From the NCBI GenBank assembly GCA_005879315.1, contig VBLC01000036.1, positions 22,002 to 86,001 on the forward strand: DNA of 64,000 bases, in the 5' to 3' direction. Under the pieces are notes generated by a model. It saw nothing but the letters and a program-made list of their open reading frames with translations. It made no database searches and had not been told where the DNA came from. The position numbers were made by a program, and so were the translations under genes. The stretch is from Deltaproteobacteria bacterium. GTDB taxonomy: Bacteria > Myxococcota > Myxococcia > Myxococcales > 40CM-4-68-19. Below are positions 32,100-42,535 of the stretch, in pieces; the stretch's first letter is position 1; every line of letters starts with the position of its first letter.

Positions 32100-32888
32100 T
32101 CAGCCGCCTCCGGCGCCGATCACGCCGGCCAGAGGGCTGGAGGCGCTGCCGTAGAGCTTTTTGGGAATGCGACCGGCGAGATACGCGAGCCGGCCCGCTT
32201 CGGTGGCCAGGCGGATCGCTCGCGCCATCCCGACCGGATCCTTCGCGCCGCTGATCGCGGTGTTCACCAACAGGCCCGCCGCGCCCATCTCCATGCAGAT
32301 GGCGCAATCGCTCGCCGTCCCTACGCCGGCGTCGACGACGACCGGCACTTTGGCCTGATCGAGGATCATCTGCAGCGAGTAGGGATTGCGCAGGCCAAGG
32401 CCGCTGCCGATGGGCGCGCCGAGCGGCATCACCGCGGCGCAGCCCGCGTCCTCCAGCTTGCGTGCGGCGACCGGATCGTCGTTGGTGTAAGGCAGCACGC
32501 GGAAGCCTTCGCTCACCAGCTGCCTCGCCGCCTTGATGGTTTCCTCGACGTCGGGCAGGAGCGTCTTCGGATCGGCCAGCACCTCGAGTTTGACGAGCGG
32601 GTTGCTTCCCCCGAGCTGCAGCTCGCGCGCGAGCCGGCAGGTGCGCACCGCCTCCTCGGCGCTGAAGCAGCCGGCGGTGTTGGGGAGCAGCACCATCTCT
32701 TTGGGGATCCAATGCAAGAGCGACGACTCGCCCCTGGCGGCGAGGTCGAGCCGCCGCACTGCTACCGTCACCATCTGGGCGCCGGAAGCCTCGAGCGCCG
32801 CCTTCATGGTGGGGAAGTCCTTGTACTTGCCGGTGCCGACCACCAGGCGCGAGGTGAATCTCTGGCCCCCGAGGACGAGCTCGTCCAT
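32100..32888 (-). CDS. thiG: thiazole synthase
   Basis: [60 protein letters not shown]. Confidence 0.97.
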   Translation of the reverse strand: MDELVLGGQRFTSRLVVGTGKYKDFPTMKAALEASGAQMVTVAVRRLDLAARGESSLLHWIPKEMVLLPNTAGCFSAEEAVRTCRLARELQLGGSNPLVKLEVLADPKTLLPDVEETIKAARQLVSEGFRVLPYTNDDPVAARKLEDAGCAAVMPLGAPIGSGLGLRNPYSLQMILDQAKVPVVVDAGVGTASDCAICMEMGAAGLLVNTAISGAKDPVGMARAIRLATEAGRLAYLAGRIPKKLYGSASSPLAGVIGAGGG

Positions 32889-33089
32889 CTACCCTCCGCC
32901 CACGAATGTGACGATCTCGAGCACGTCGCCCGCGGAGACTTGCTCCTCGGCGTGACGCACCTTCTTCACCACCTGACCGTTGCGCTCGACCGCCACGCGC
33001 TCCGCCCGCACGCCGAGGTGCCGGAGGAGCGTTGCCACGGTGAGCCCCTCGGGCAGCTCGATCGACTCGCCGTTGACGGTCGCATTCAT
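32889..33089 (-). CDS. thiS: sulfur carrier protein ThiS
   Basis: MNATVNGE...VAVERNGQVV...GDVLEIVTFVGGG (C-terminal GG). Confidence 0.96.
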   Translation of the reverse strand: MNATVNGESIELPEGLTVATLLRHLGVRAERVAVERNGQVVKKVRHAEEQVSAGDVLEIVTFVGGG

Positions 33090-33095
33090 GCCGCG

Positions 33096-33124
33096 GTGAT
33101 AGGGCCTCGTCCGCTGTGGGTCAA
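33096..33124 (-). promoter_or_regulatory. sigma70 promoter of thiS-thiG-thiE (leaderless)
   Basis: The minus strand reads TTGACC-17 nt-TATCAC-6 nt-ATG(33089). Confidence 0.65.
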
Positions 33125-33148
33125 GCGAGCCTTGTGCAAGCCACCGCG

Positions 33149-33853
33149 ATGCGGGAGACTGCCCGGGCCGTGGACACCGCTCAGCTGTTGCGCCAGGTTT
33201 CAATTTTTGCCGACCTGTCGCCTGAGGTGCTTGGCGATCTGGCGAAGCGCGTTTCGCACAAGAGTGCCGAGGCCGGGTCGGTCATCGTCAGCCAGGAGGA
33301 GCCCGGCGATTCGCTCTTCATGATCTCCTCGGGCAAGGTCAAGGTGGTGCTCTACGGCGAGACCGGCCGGGAGATTATTCTCAGTATATTGCTCGCCGGC
33401 GACTTCTTCGGCGAGATGTCGCTCCTCGATCGCCAGCCGCGCTCGGCGAACGTGGTCGCGGTCGAGGACTCGCAGCTGCTCTCGCTAGACCGCGAGGGTT
33501 TCCAGACGCACCTCAACGCGCACCCGACCACGGCGCTGGCGGTGCTCGCCGAGATGTCGAGGCGGCTGCGCCACGCGGACGAAGTGATCGGCAACCTCGC
33601 ACTGCTCGACGTCTACGGCCGCGTCGCCCGCATCATCCGCGACCTGGCGCACAAGCAGGGCGAGCAGGTCGACGGCGGCTTGCTCATCCGGGAGCGGCCC
33701 ACCCAGCAGGAGATCGCCGGCCTGATCGGCACCAGCCGCGAGACGGTCTCGCGCGCGCTCAATGACTTCAACCGCCGCGGCTTGCTCGAGATGCAGGGAA
33801 AGCAGATTCTCGTGCGCTGGGGCTTCCTCCGGAAGATGGACGACGCTGCGTAG
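33149..33853 (+). CDS. Crp/Fnr family transcriptional regulator
   Basis: cNMP-binding domain (GDFFGEMSLLDRQPRSANV) and Crp HTH (TQQEIAGLIGTSRETVSRAL). Confidence 0.95.
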   Translation: MRETARAVDTAQLLRQVSIFADLSPEVLGDLAKRVSHKSAEAGSVIVSQEEPGDSLFMISSGKVKVVLYGETGREIILSILLAGDFFGEMSLLDRQPRSANVVAVEDSQLLSLDREGFQTHLNAHPTTALAVLAEMSRRLRHADEVIGNLALLDVYGRVARIIRDLAHKQGEQVDGGLLIRERPTQQEIAGLIGTSRETVSRALNDFNRRGLLEMQGKQILVRWGFLRKMDDAA

Positions 33854-34227
33854 TGTACCGGGTCTCCAAGCAGCTCTGGTTTTGTGCCGCCCACCAGGTG
33901 CGCCTCTCCGAGACGCAATGCGAGGACCTGCACGGCCACAATTACCGCGTCCTCATCCACGCCGAGGCGAAGGACCTGGACCGCACCTCCTACGTGATCG
34001 ATTTCGCCGAGCTGAAGAAGGCCGCGGTGGAGGTGTGCGGCCGCTTCGATCACCGCAACATCAACGAGGTCGAGCCGTTCCGCGAAGGGGAGCGCAACCC
34101 CAGCGCCGAAGAGCTGGCCCGCTACCTCTGGGAGCAGCTCGCCCGCCGCTTCGACGACAATCGCGTGCGCATCAGCAAGGTCGAGGTCTTCGAGACGGAC
34201 AACAACCGCGCCGAGTACGCGCCATGA
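33853..34227 (+). CDS. queD: 6-carboxytetrahydropterin synthase / PTPS family
   Basis: FCAAH, CEDLHGHNY, IDFAELK, FDHRNINEVEPF, NPSAEELA, VFETDNNRAEY. Confidence 0.88.
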   Translation: MYRVSKQLWFCAAHQVRLSETQCEDLHGHNYRVLIHAEAKDLDRTSYVIDFAELKKAAVEVCGRFDHRNINEVEPFREGERNPSAEELARYLWEQLARRFDDNRVRISKVEVFETDNNRAEYAP

Positions 34228-34988
34228 AGAACGGCATCGCCAACGGGGTCGACCGCGGCCGCCCCGGCTTCACTCCCTGGTTCTGGAGCGGCCGGCTGCC
34301 GGCGAAGATCGAAGCGGCCATCGTCGTCTGCGTCTTCGCCGCCGTCATCGCCATCATGATCTTTCTTTTCGAGATGCCCGGCCCGTTGGTGGTGCATCTG
34401 CAGGATGACGTGAAGGAGCCCATCAAGGGCGCGCGCGTGAGCTGTACCTCGCCCGATGGCGCGACGAGCTACGCCGGCACGACCGACGCGTACGGCGAGG
34501 CCAAGTGGCCGGGCCTGGCCAAGGGCGCCTGGAAGTGTGAGGTGACCCCGCCCGACAGGTTCCACGCCGCACCGCTGATCGGTTACGCCACGGTCGTGGC
34601 ACGTCATCCGGCGATGTGGACCACCTCGGTGGAGCGGCCCGCGCGCATCCTGGTGCAGGTGATTCGGCCCGCTGGCGCGCCGCGCGCGAAGGTGGCGGTG
34701 CGGGCGGTCTGCGGCGCATCCGAAACCTGGGAGGCGCGGGCGGGCTTGCTCGACGGCCGCGCGATGCTGGTCGTGCCGCACGGCGTGCCCTGCCGCGCGG
34801 GGCTGGTCGTCGCCGAGCTGCCCCGCGACGGCCCTTCGACCCAGACGATGCTCGACTGCTCCGCTCAGCCCTGCACGCCGCCGCTCACCGGCGGAGTCGG
34901 CCAGGAGATGAGCGCGACACTGAAGCCGACGCTCGAGCAATGGGCCGCCGTGCGACCGCCGCCCGAGCCGGAAGCGCCGGCGAACTGA
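34224..34988 (+). CDS. membrane-anchored protein with a carboxypeptidase-regulatory-like (prealbumin-fold) domain
   Basis: C-terminal part of track ORF 33762..34988 from ATG 34224 (ATGA overlap). One TM (AIVVCVFAAVIAIMIFLF), then PIKGARV...TTDAYGEA...GAWKCEV. Confidence 0.65.
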   Translation: MKNGIANGVDRGRPGFTPWFWSGRLPAKIEAAIVVCVFAAVIAIMIFLFEMPGPLVVHLQDDVKEPIKGARVSCTSPDGATSYAGTTDAYGEAKWPGLAKGAWKCEVTPPDRFHAAPLIGYATVVARHPAMWTTSVERPARILVQVIRPAGAPRAKVAVRAVCGASETWEARAGLLDGRAMLVVPHGVPCRAGLVVAELPRDGPSTQTMLDCSAQPCTPPLTGGVGQEMSATLKPTLEQWAAVRPPPEPEAPAN

Positions 34989-34989
34989 G

Positions 34990-35916
34990 CTACTTGCCCA
35001 GGTAGATGTCCATCACGTCCCGCAGGAGCTTGATCGCTTCGTCGCGCGGGCGCTGGAAAGCGTTGCGGCCCATGATCGATCCGAACGCGCCGCCATCGCG
35101 CAGGCCGCGGATCTCGGTCATGATCTCCTCCGTGCCCTTCGCCTCGCCGCCGGAGAAGATGACGACGCGCTTGCCGTTGAAGCAGCTCTGCACCACGTGG
35201 CGGACCCGATCGGCGAGGGTCTTCCAGGGAATGTTGTACTTCTCGAAGACCTTCTGCGCCTCCGGCTGGTAGATGAACTCGCTGGGCGGCTTGACCTTCA
35301 CGATGTGGGCGCCCATCTGGCAGGCGAGCTGCGCGGCGTAGCCGGCCACGTCGACCGCGGTCTCGCCTTTCTTGTCGGTGATGCCTTCGCCCCGCGGATA
35401 GCTCCACACCACCACCGCCAGCCCCTGCGCCTTGGCCTCCTCTGCCAGCGCGCGCAAGTTCTCGTACATCCGGTTTCGCGCCGCCGAGCCGGGATAGATG
35501 GTGTAGCCGATCGCCGCGCAGCCGAGGCGGACCGCGTCCTTCACCGAGCCGGTGACGGCGCTCTCGGGCGGATGGCCCTTCGAGAGTGTATCGCTGTTGT
35601 TGAGCTTGAGGATGAAGGGGATCCGGCCGGCATACTTCCCCGCGATGGCTTCGATGAATCCGAGGGGCGCGGCGTAGGCGTTGCAGCCGGCGTCGATCGC
35701 CAGCTGGACGTGGTACTCGGGATCGTACCCCGGCGGATTCGGCGCGAACGATCGCGCCGGGCCGTGCTCGAAGCCCTGGTCCACCGGCAGGATGACCAGC
35801 TTGCCGGTGCCGGCGAGGCGGCCGTTCATGAGCAGGCGATAGATGTTGGCGAGCGTTCCGGGGTTGTCCGAAGGGTACCAGCCGAGGATCTCGCGGACGC
35901 GCGAAGTCGTTTCCAT
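34990..35916 (-). CDS. fbaB: class I fructose-bisphosphate aldolase (DhnA type)
   Basis: GKLVILPVDQGFEHGP, FILKLN, AIGYTIYPGS, VWSYPRG, HIVKVK (Schiff-base Lys), VIFSGG, GSIMGRNAFQ. Confidence 0.95.
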   Translation of the reverse strand: METTSRVREILGWYPSDNPGTLANIYRLLMNGRLAGTGKLVILPVDQGFEHGPARSFAPNPPGYDPEYHVQLAIDAGCNAYAAPLGFIEAIAGKYAGRIPFILKLNNSDTLSKGHPPESAVTGSVKDAVRLGCAAIGYTIYPGSAARNRMYENLRALAEEAKAQGLAVVVWSYPRGEGITDKKGETAVDVAGYAAQLACQMGAHIVKVKPPSEFIYQPEAQKVFEKYNIPWKTLADRVRHVVQSCFNGKRVVIFSGGEAKGTEEIMTEIRGLRDGGAFGSIMGRNAFQRPRDEAIKLLRDVMDIYLGK

Positions 35917-35923
35917 GCGCGGC

Positions 35924-35952
35924 AACGTAGACCCAGGCGATCGCGCTTTCAA
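35924..35952 (-). promoter_or_regulatory. sigma70 promoter of fbaB (leaderless)
   Basis: The minus strand reads TTGAAA-17 nt-TACGTT-7 nt-ATG(35916). Confidence 0.75.
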
Positions 35953-35971
35953 GAAGAGGAAGGGCTGGCCG

Positions 35972-38521
35972 TCAGCGCAAAAACAGGTCCACCTCGTCGG
36001 AGAGCGCGGCGAGCCGCGCCTCGGAGCTCCACTCCGCCGTCAGCTGCAGCCGCGCGCCGACGACGACGCCGCGGTCGCGGAGCATCGCCAGCGCATTTTC
36101 CAGCGTCGGCTTGGTGAGCGCCTCGAGCCGCAGGATGCGCCCGGCGAGATACGCGGCGCGGCCGCGGTCGAGCGCCTGGCGGGTCCACTCCCGGGCGGCC
36201 ATCGGGCCGGCGAGAAGGAGGCGGAGCGAGTCGACAGCGAGCCAGACGCCTTCGCCGAAAGGCCGCAGGAGCTCGCCGAGCAGCGCGAGCATGCGCGCTC
36301 CGCCCGACGCCGCGCGGACGAGGTCGCCCTCTCGCTCGGCCAGCCCCCAGCGCAAGAGCAGCGCGAAGTTCTCCCCGACCGTGTTCTCGAAGTTGTGCCC
36401 GGGCGGGAAGATGAACTCGTACTTGGTCAGCCGCGACGCCTCCTTCGCGCGCCGGAGCAGCTCGCCGTGCGGCGCGGCCTGGCCGCGGAAGCTGCGCAGC
36501 GCGGCGGCGAGGATGGCGGGCGCGACGAGGAAGTGGAGGATGCCGTTCTTGTGATAGTCGAGCGCGATGCGCCGCTCCTCGGGGACCGAGTAGTAGCGCG
36601 CCCCGCCCGCCTCGTGCCGGCGCAAGGACCCGTCGGCCACCAGCGACTCGACGGCGCGGAGGATGAGCGGCTCGGCCGCATCCGCGCTGCCGTGCGCGCC
36701 GCAGTCGCGGGCGGCGGTGTGAAGGAAGCCGGCGCGCTCGAGGATCTCCTGCTCCGAGAGCGCGCGCTTGTCGTGGCTGAGCAGCACGGCGCAAAGAAGC
36801 CCCATCGGCGCGAGCGGCGCCGCCGCGTTGATTCCCGCCGCGATGTCGAGGCCGAGGTGCTGGACGATCTTCTTCTTCTCCTCCGCCGTGCAGTTCTTCG
36901 GATCGACTCCGCGCTCGCGGAAGAGCTGGGCGAGGGAGATCGGCTCGTCGACGCGGATGGTGATGCGGCCATAGCGGCTGCGCAGCACCTTCGTCGCGCT
37001 GAGCAGTGCCTTGGCGTCCTCCTTCCGCTTCTCGCCGCCTTGCAGCTCGCGCTGGTAGGCGGAGGCCTCGACCATCTTTTCGTAGGAGATGCTGATCGGG
37101 GCGAAGTAGGCGTCCGGCTTCACACCGGTGAGCCACGCCTCGACCTCCAGCGTGAGCATGCCGTACTTGGGCGGAAGCAGCTTGCCGGTGCGCGAGCGGC
37201 CCCCCTCGATGAAGAACTCCTGGGTGAAGCCGTCCTGCAGCAGCCGCTTCACGTAGGCGCCCATGGTGGCCGCGTAGATCCGGTCGCCCTTGAAGCTGCG
37301 GCGGATGAAGTAGGCGCCGCCGGCGCGCAAGAGTCGCCCGACCGGCCAGAAGTCGAGGTTGTCCCCGGCGGCGACGTGGGGCGGCTGCAGCCCGTAGTCG
37401 TCGCAGATCATCGAGAGGATCATGTAATCGATGTGGCTCTTGTGGCAGGGGCAGAGGATGAGCGGGGCCTTCTTGCTGGCCTCGACCAGCCGCCGCATGC
37501 CCTGCTCGTCGACGTCGACGCCGTCGTAGATCCGGTTGAAAACGAAGGTGAGAAACAATTTCAGGATGTCGACGACCAGCGGCTGGTAGCGCGCGGCGAT
37601 CTCCTTCAGGTCCTTCCGCGCCTCCCTCTCGACGCTCTCCGGCGATCGGCCGCGCTCCTCGGCGATCTCCGCCAGCGCCCGCTGCAGCGAGAGGTCCCGC
37701 AGGGTCTCGTCGATGACCCGTTCAGGGCGCTTGAGGGGCGGCCCGGTGACCACGCGCACCTCTCGGGCGAGGTGTTGGTGCAGCCAGCCGCGCACCCGCC
37801 GCGCGACGCGGTCCGTTTCGGCGCCCGGCTGCATCGCGGTCACGTCGCTGAGCAGGACGATCTCGCCGACCTTGGCGAAGGAACTCTTCCGGTTGAAGTA
37901 GCCGACCAGCGTGCGGAGCGCGCCGGGCTCCTCGGGGTCGCCGAAGAGCGCGTCGCGCCACGAGCCGGCCAGCTTCTTGGGCCGGTTGCGCCAGAGCAGG
38001 GTGAGCGGAACCAGCGCGATGGGTCGCTCGGGCGCCGCGCGCTGCAGCTCGACGAGCGCGGGGAAGGGATCGGCGAGAGACACCACCGAAGAAGCGACGG
38101 TGCGCGGCGCGCGCAGGAAGACCATCGCCGACTCGCCGCGCCGGACCGCCTCGACCACGTGTGCGGCTTCGCCGCCGGAAGGCGCGCGGATTTGTGGTCC
38201 GCCCAGATACCAGCGCGCGAAAGGGGAGAAGATGCGATAGCCCAGCCCCGTCGCGGCGCGAGCGATGGGGAGCCCTAGCTTCCAGAAGGTCCAGTTGAAA
38301 TAGAGCAGCTGCAAGAGCGACGAGGAGCGCAGCACGTAGACCAGCGTCGCTTTGCGCGAAAGCTCGGCGAGCTGCGGCACCGCCTCCGCGGGGAAGGGGA
38401 CGATGTCGAAGAGCGTGTGCAAGAGCCAGCGGGCGAAGCGGCCGTATCCTCCCCGCCGCGGTAGCGGCCGCGGAGTGGGAAGGAGAGCTTCGGAAGCAGC
38501 CCGGGGGGCGGAATCGCCCAT
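35972..38521 (-). CDS. plsB: glycerol-3-phosphate O-acyltransferase
   Basis: PCHKSHIDY (HxxxxD), AAGDNL, GAYFIRRSF, FFIEGGRSRTGK, PISISYEK, GEKRKED. Confidence 0.92.
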   Translation of the reverse strand: MGDSAPRAASEALLPTPRPLPRRGGYGRFARWLLHTLFDIVPFPAEAVPQLAELSRKATLVYVLRSSSLLQLLYFNWTFWKLGLPIARAATGLGYRIFSPFARWYLGGPQIRAPSGGEAAHVVEAVRRGESAMVFLRAPRTVASSVVSLADPFPALVELQRAAPERPIALVPLTLLWRNRPKKLAGSWRDALFGDPEEPGALRTLVGYFNRKSSFAKVGEIVLLSDVTAMQPGAETDRVARRVRGWLHQHLAREVRVVTGPPLKRPERVIDETLRDLSLQRALAEIAEERGRSPESVEREARKDLKEIAARYQPLVVDILKLFLTFVFNRIYDGVDVDEQGMRRLVEASKKAPLILCPCHKSHIDYMILSMICDDYGLQPPHVAAGDNLDFWPVGRLLRAGGAYFIRRSFKGDRIYAATMGAYVKRLLQDGFTQEFFIEGGRSRTGKLLPPKYGMLTLEVEAWLTGVKPDAYFAPISISYEKMVEASAYQRELQGGEKRKEDAKALLSATKVLRSRYGRITIRVDEPISLAQLFRERGVDPKNCTAEEKKKIVQHLGLDIAAGINAAAPLAPMGLLCAVLLSHDKRALSEQEILERAGFLHTAARDCGAHGSADAAEPLILRAVESLVADGSLRRHEAGGARYYSVPEERRIALDYHKNGILHFLVAPAILAAALRSFRGQAAPHGELLRRAKEASRLTKYEFIFPPGHNFENTVGENFALLLRWGLAEREGDLVRAASGGARMLALLGELLRPFGEGVWLAVDSLRLLLAGPMAAREWTRQALDRGRAAYLAGRILRLEALTKPTLENALAMLRDRGVVVGARLQLTAEWSSEARLAALSDEVDLFLR

Positions 38522-38527
38522 GGCGGC

Positions 38528-38533
38528 ACTCTA
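38528..38533 (-). promoter_or_regulatory. putative -10 box of plsB (leaderless)
   Basis: The minus strand reads TAGAGT-gccgcc-ATG(38521). No Shine-Dalgarno. Confidence 0.55.
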
Positions 38534-38538
38534 CCGCG

Positions 38539-38928
38539 TTAGCGCGTCGAGCAGCCGGGGCTTCCGCCCAGTGTCGACAGCTCGGCGACTCTCTTTCCCG
38601 GCTCGAGCGAGAGCGCCTGCGCGAGCAACGACAGCCTCCCGGCCGCGCCGGAAGTGGCGCGCAGCGCGGCGACGCAAGAGCGGCCGCTGCGCTCGAGCGT
38701 CTCGGCAGCGCCGCGCGCCTCGCGAACCTCGGCGAGGGGAAGGTCTCCCACGGCTTTTTCCAGCGCATCGTAGAGGCCGCGCCGCGCCGCCAGCTGCTCC
38801 GCCACATCCAGCTCCGCCTCGTCGCGCTCGAGCCCGTCCTCCTCGGCGCGAGCGCAGAGCGAGTCGAAGAGCGGCTCGCCCAGCTCCGCTCGCACCCAGG
38901 CGACGAGAAAGGCAGGGTCGATCTGCAT
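38539..38928 (-). CDS. hypothetical helical protein
   Basis: C-terminal part of track ORF 38539..39954 from ATG 38928 (TGATG overlap): [18 protein letters not shown]... Confidence 0.55.
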   Translation of the reverse strand: MQIDPAFLVAWVRAELGEPLFDSLCARAEEDGLERDEAELDVAEQLAARRGLYDALEKAVGDLPLAEVREARGAAETLERSGRSCVAALRATSGAAGRLSLLAQALSLEPGKRVAELSTLGGSPGCSTR

Positions 38929-39581
38929 CAGCGCGGATTGAGCGCGACGTCGTGGGTGATGGTCTCGCCGGCGCTCACCTCGATCTCGTCCTCGCGCTCG
39001 CCGAGGCGCTCGTGCCAGATCTTCAGCTTGTGCTTTCCCGGCGGCACTCCCGCGAGCGAATAGGCGCCATTGGCGTCGCTGATGGCAAACGCGGCGGTCG
39101 GCAGCACGAGAATCCAGCCGTGCATCCAGGGATGCACATCGCAGCTCACCTTGTAGAACCCCTCCTTCTTCAGCCTGGTCGGGACGGTGTGCCCTTTGAT
39201 CGGCATGGCGTAGTTGAAGGCGCGCGTCTCGCCCGCCTGGGCGCGGGTGTTGTGCAGCACCGGGTCGCTGTTCACCACGTCGAGGGTGGTTCCCACCGCG
39301 GCGGCGACGACGTGCGGGATGAACAGACAGGCCTGCTGGTCGAGCTTCTGCTTCTTGTCGATCTTCTTCGGCGCCGGCACGCCGGGCAGCCAGAGGACGA
39401 CGTTCTTCACCCCTCCGCCGGTGCCCACCTCGAGCGATTCGTCCGGCTTGCTCGTCCCGCAATACTTCATGTCCCGCGTGACCGGCAGGTTGGCGAGCTT
39501 GGGAGCGAGCCCTGCGACAGTCACCTTTCCGGAAACTCCTCCGGTGTCGGCGGCGAGCAGGGCGAGGGCGAGAAGGAGCAT
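38928..39581 (-). CDS. secreted cupredoxin-like / carboxypeptidase-regulatory-like domain protein
   Basis: Signal peptide; [26 protein letters not shown] (Cys-x2-His-x2-Met, type-1 Cu-like), [16 protein letters not shown]. Confidence 0.8.
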   Translation of the reverse strand: MLLLALALLAADTGGVSGKVTVAGLAPKLANLPVTRDMKYCGTSKPDESLEVGTGGGVKNVVLWLPGVPAPKKIDKKQKLDQQACLFIPHVVAAAVGTTLDVVNSDPVLHNTRAQAGETRAFNYAMPIKGHTVPTRLKKEGFYKVSCDVHPWMHGWILVLPTAAFAISDANGAYSLAGVPPGKHKLKIWHERLGEREDEIEVSAGETITHDVALNPR

Positions 39582-39598
39582 GAGCGGCCTCGAAAGCC

Positions 39599-39626
39599 TT
39601 GACAGGTGGGAGCAGCTGTCTACATT
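39599..39626 (+). promoter_or_regulatory. sigma70 promoter of groEL
   Basis: TTGACA-16 nt-TACATT, with GGAGG before ATG 39659. No CIRCE repeat. Confidence 0.7.
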
Positions 39627-39658
39627 GCGCCCGCTTTCGATTCAACGGAGGTCGAAAA

Positions 39659-41338
<1,680 letters not shown>

Positions 41339-41413
41339 GAACCCGAACTTGCCTCCACCCGCCCGACCTTGTAGACGTGAAAGCACTCTCTTCGAGAGGG
41401 TCCTTTCGCGCCC

Positions 41414-42499
41414 ATGCCCAAGCATCTGCTCCTCGCCGACGACTCCAAGACCATCCAGCAAGCGGTGAGCATGACCTTCGCGGGCGAGGATGTCTCGCTC
41501 ACCACCGTCGCCGACGGCCAGTCGGCGCTGCAGAGGGCGCGGGAGACGAAGCCCGACCTCATCCTCGCCGACGTGAACATGCCCGGCCTGGGCGGCTACG
41601 AGCTGTGCCAGAAGGTGCGCGCCGATGCGGCCCTCAAGAACATCCCGGTGCTGCTGCTCGGGGGAGCGAATCCGGTCGACCCGGCCCGCGCGATCGCGGT
41701 GGGCGCGAACGGCCACATGCCCAAGCCGTTCGATTCCGGCAAGCTGATCGAACAGGTGAAGCAGATCCTCGGGGGTCCACGCGCCGCTGCTGTGTCCAAA
41801 CCGGCCGCGCCCGCGCCGCGCCCGAGCGCGCCGCCGCCGACCGCGGCGGCCGCCAAGACGATGACGATGGCCCGGCCGCCGCCGCCCGCCGGGGCAGCGC
41901 CGCGGCCTGGAACGTCGATGCCTCCCAGGCCGGCAGCTCCTCCGCCCGGAGCCAGGCCGCCCTTGTCCGGCCCGCCTGGAGCGAGACCGCCGGCGCCACC
42001 TGCCGCCGCCGCCCGGCCAGGGATGTCCGCCCCGCCGCCCGCCCGGCCCGCGGCCCCTCCGGCAAAACCGCCCCCCTCGCCCTCCACGCAGCGGCTCGCA
42101 GTGCCCCCCTCGCCCTCCAAACCCTCGATGCCGGCGGTCAAGCCGCCGCCCCCGGCAGCGCGGCCGCCTCCGCCCGCCGCCAAGCCTCCCCCTGCGCCGG
42201 TCGAGGAAGAAGAGATCAGCATGGACGAGGAGGAGCTGGCCGAAGAGTCTCCCGCTCCGACTCCGCTGCGCGCCGTTCCCTCGCCTGTAACCGCCAAGCC
42301 CTCGCTCTCTGTCGTGCCCCCTCCCGCCGCCAAGGCGCCCGCCGCTGCGGCCGACGGCGGCGAGGCCCTGCTCCGCGAGGCCCTCAGCAAGGCAAGCCGC
42401 GAAGTGATCGAGAAGATCGCCTGGGAAGTCGTGCCCGAGCTCGCGGAAACCATCATCCGCGAGGAGCTGGAGCGGCTCATCAAAGAGCGGGGCGCATAG
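41414..42499 (+). CDS. romR: RomR-like polarity response regulator (receiver + Pro/Ala-rich linker + conserved C-terminal helix)
   Basis: Receiver LLADDS...PDLILAD...KPF, long Pro-rich linker, and C-terminus ADGGEALLREALSKASREVIEKIAWEVVPELAETIIREELERLIK. Lies directly upstream of valS. Confidence 0.88.
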   Translation: MPKHLLLADDSKTIQQAVSMTFAGEDVSLTTVADGQSALQRARETKPDLILADVNMPGLGGYELCQKVRADAALKNIPVLLLGGANPVDPARAIAVGANGHMPKPFDSGKLIEQVKQILGGPRAAAVSKPAAPAPRPSAPPPTAAAAKTMTMARPPPPAGAAPRPGTSMPPRPAAPPPGARPPLSGPPGARPPAPPAAAARPGMSAPPPARPAAPPAKPPPSPSTQRLAVPPSPSKPSMPAVKPPPPAARPPPPAAKPPPAPVEEEEISMDEEELAEESPAPTPLRAVPSPVTAKPSLSVVPPPAAKAPAAAADGGEALLREALSKASREVIEKIAWEVVPELAETIIREELERLIKERGA

Positions 42500-42535
42500 C
42501 CCAACGCCTTCCGGATCTGATATTACGCGCGCGCC

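Noticed and set aside
41790-42350. C-rich low-complexity stretch
   Set aside because: It is the Pro/Ala-rich linker of RomR, with no regular repeat-spacer structure.
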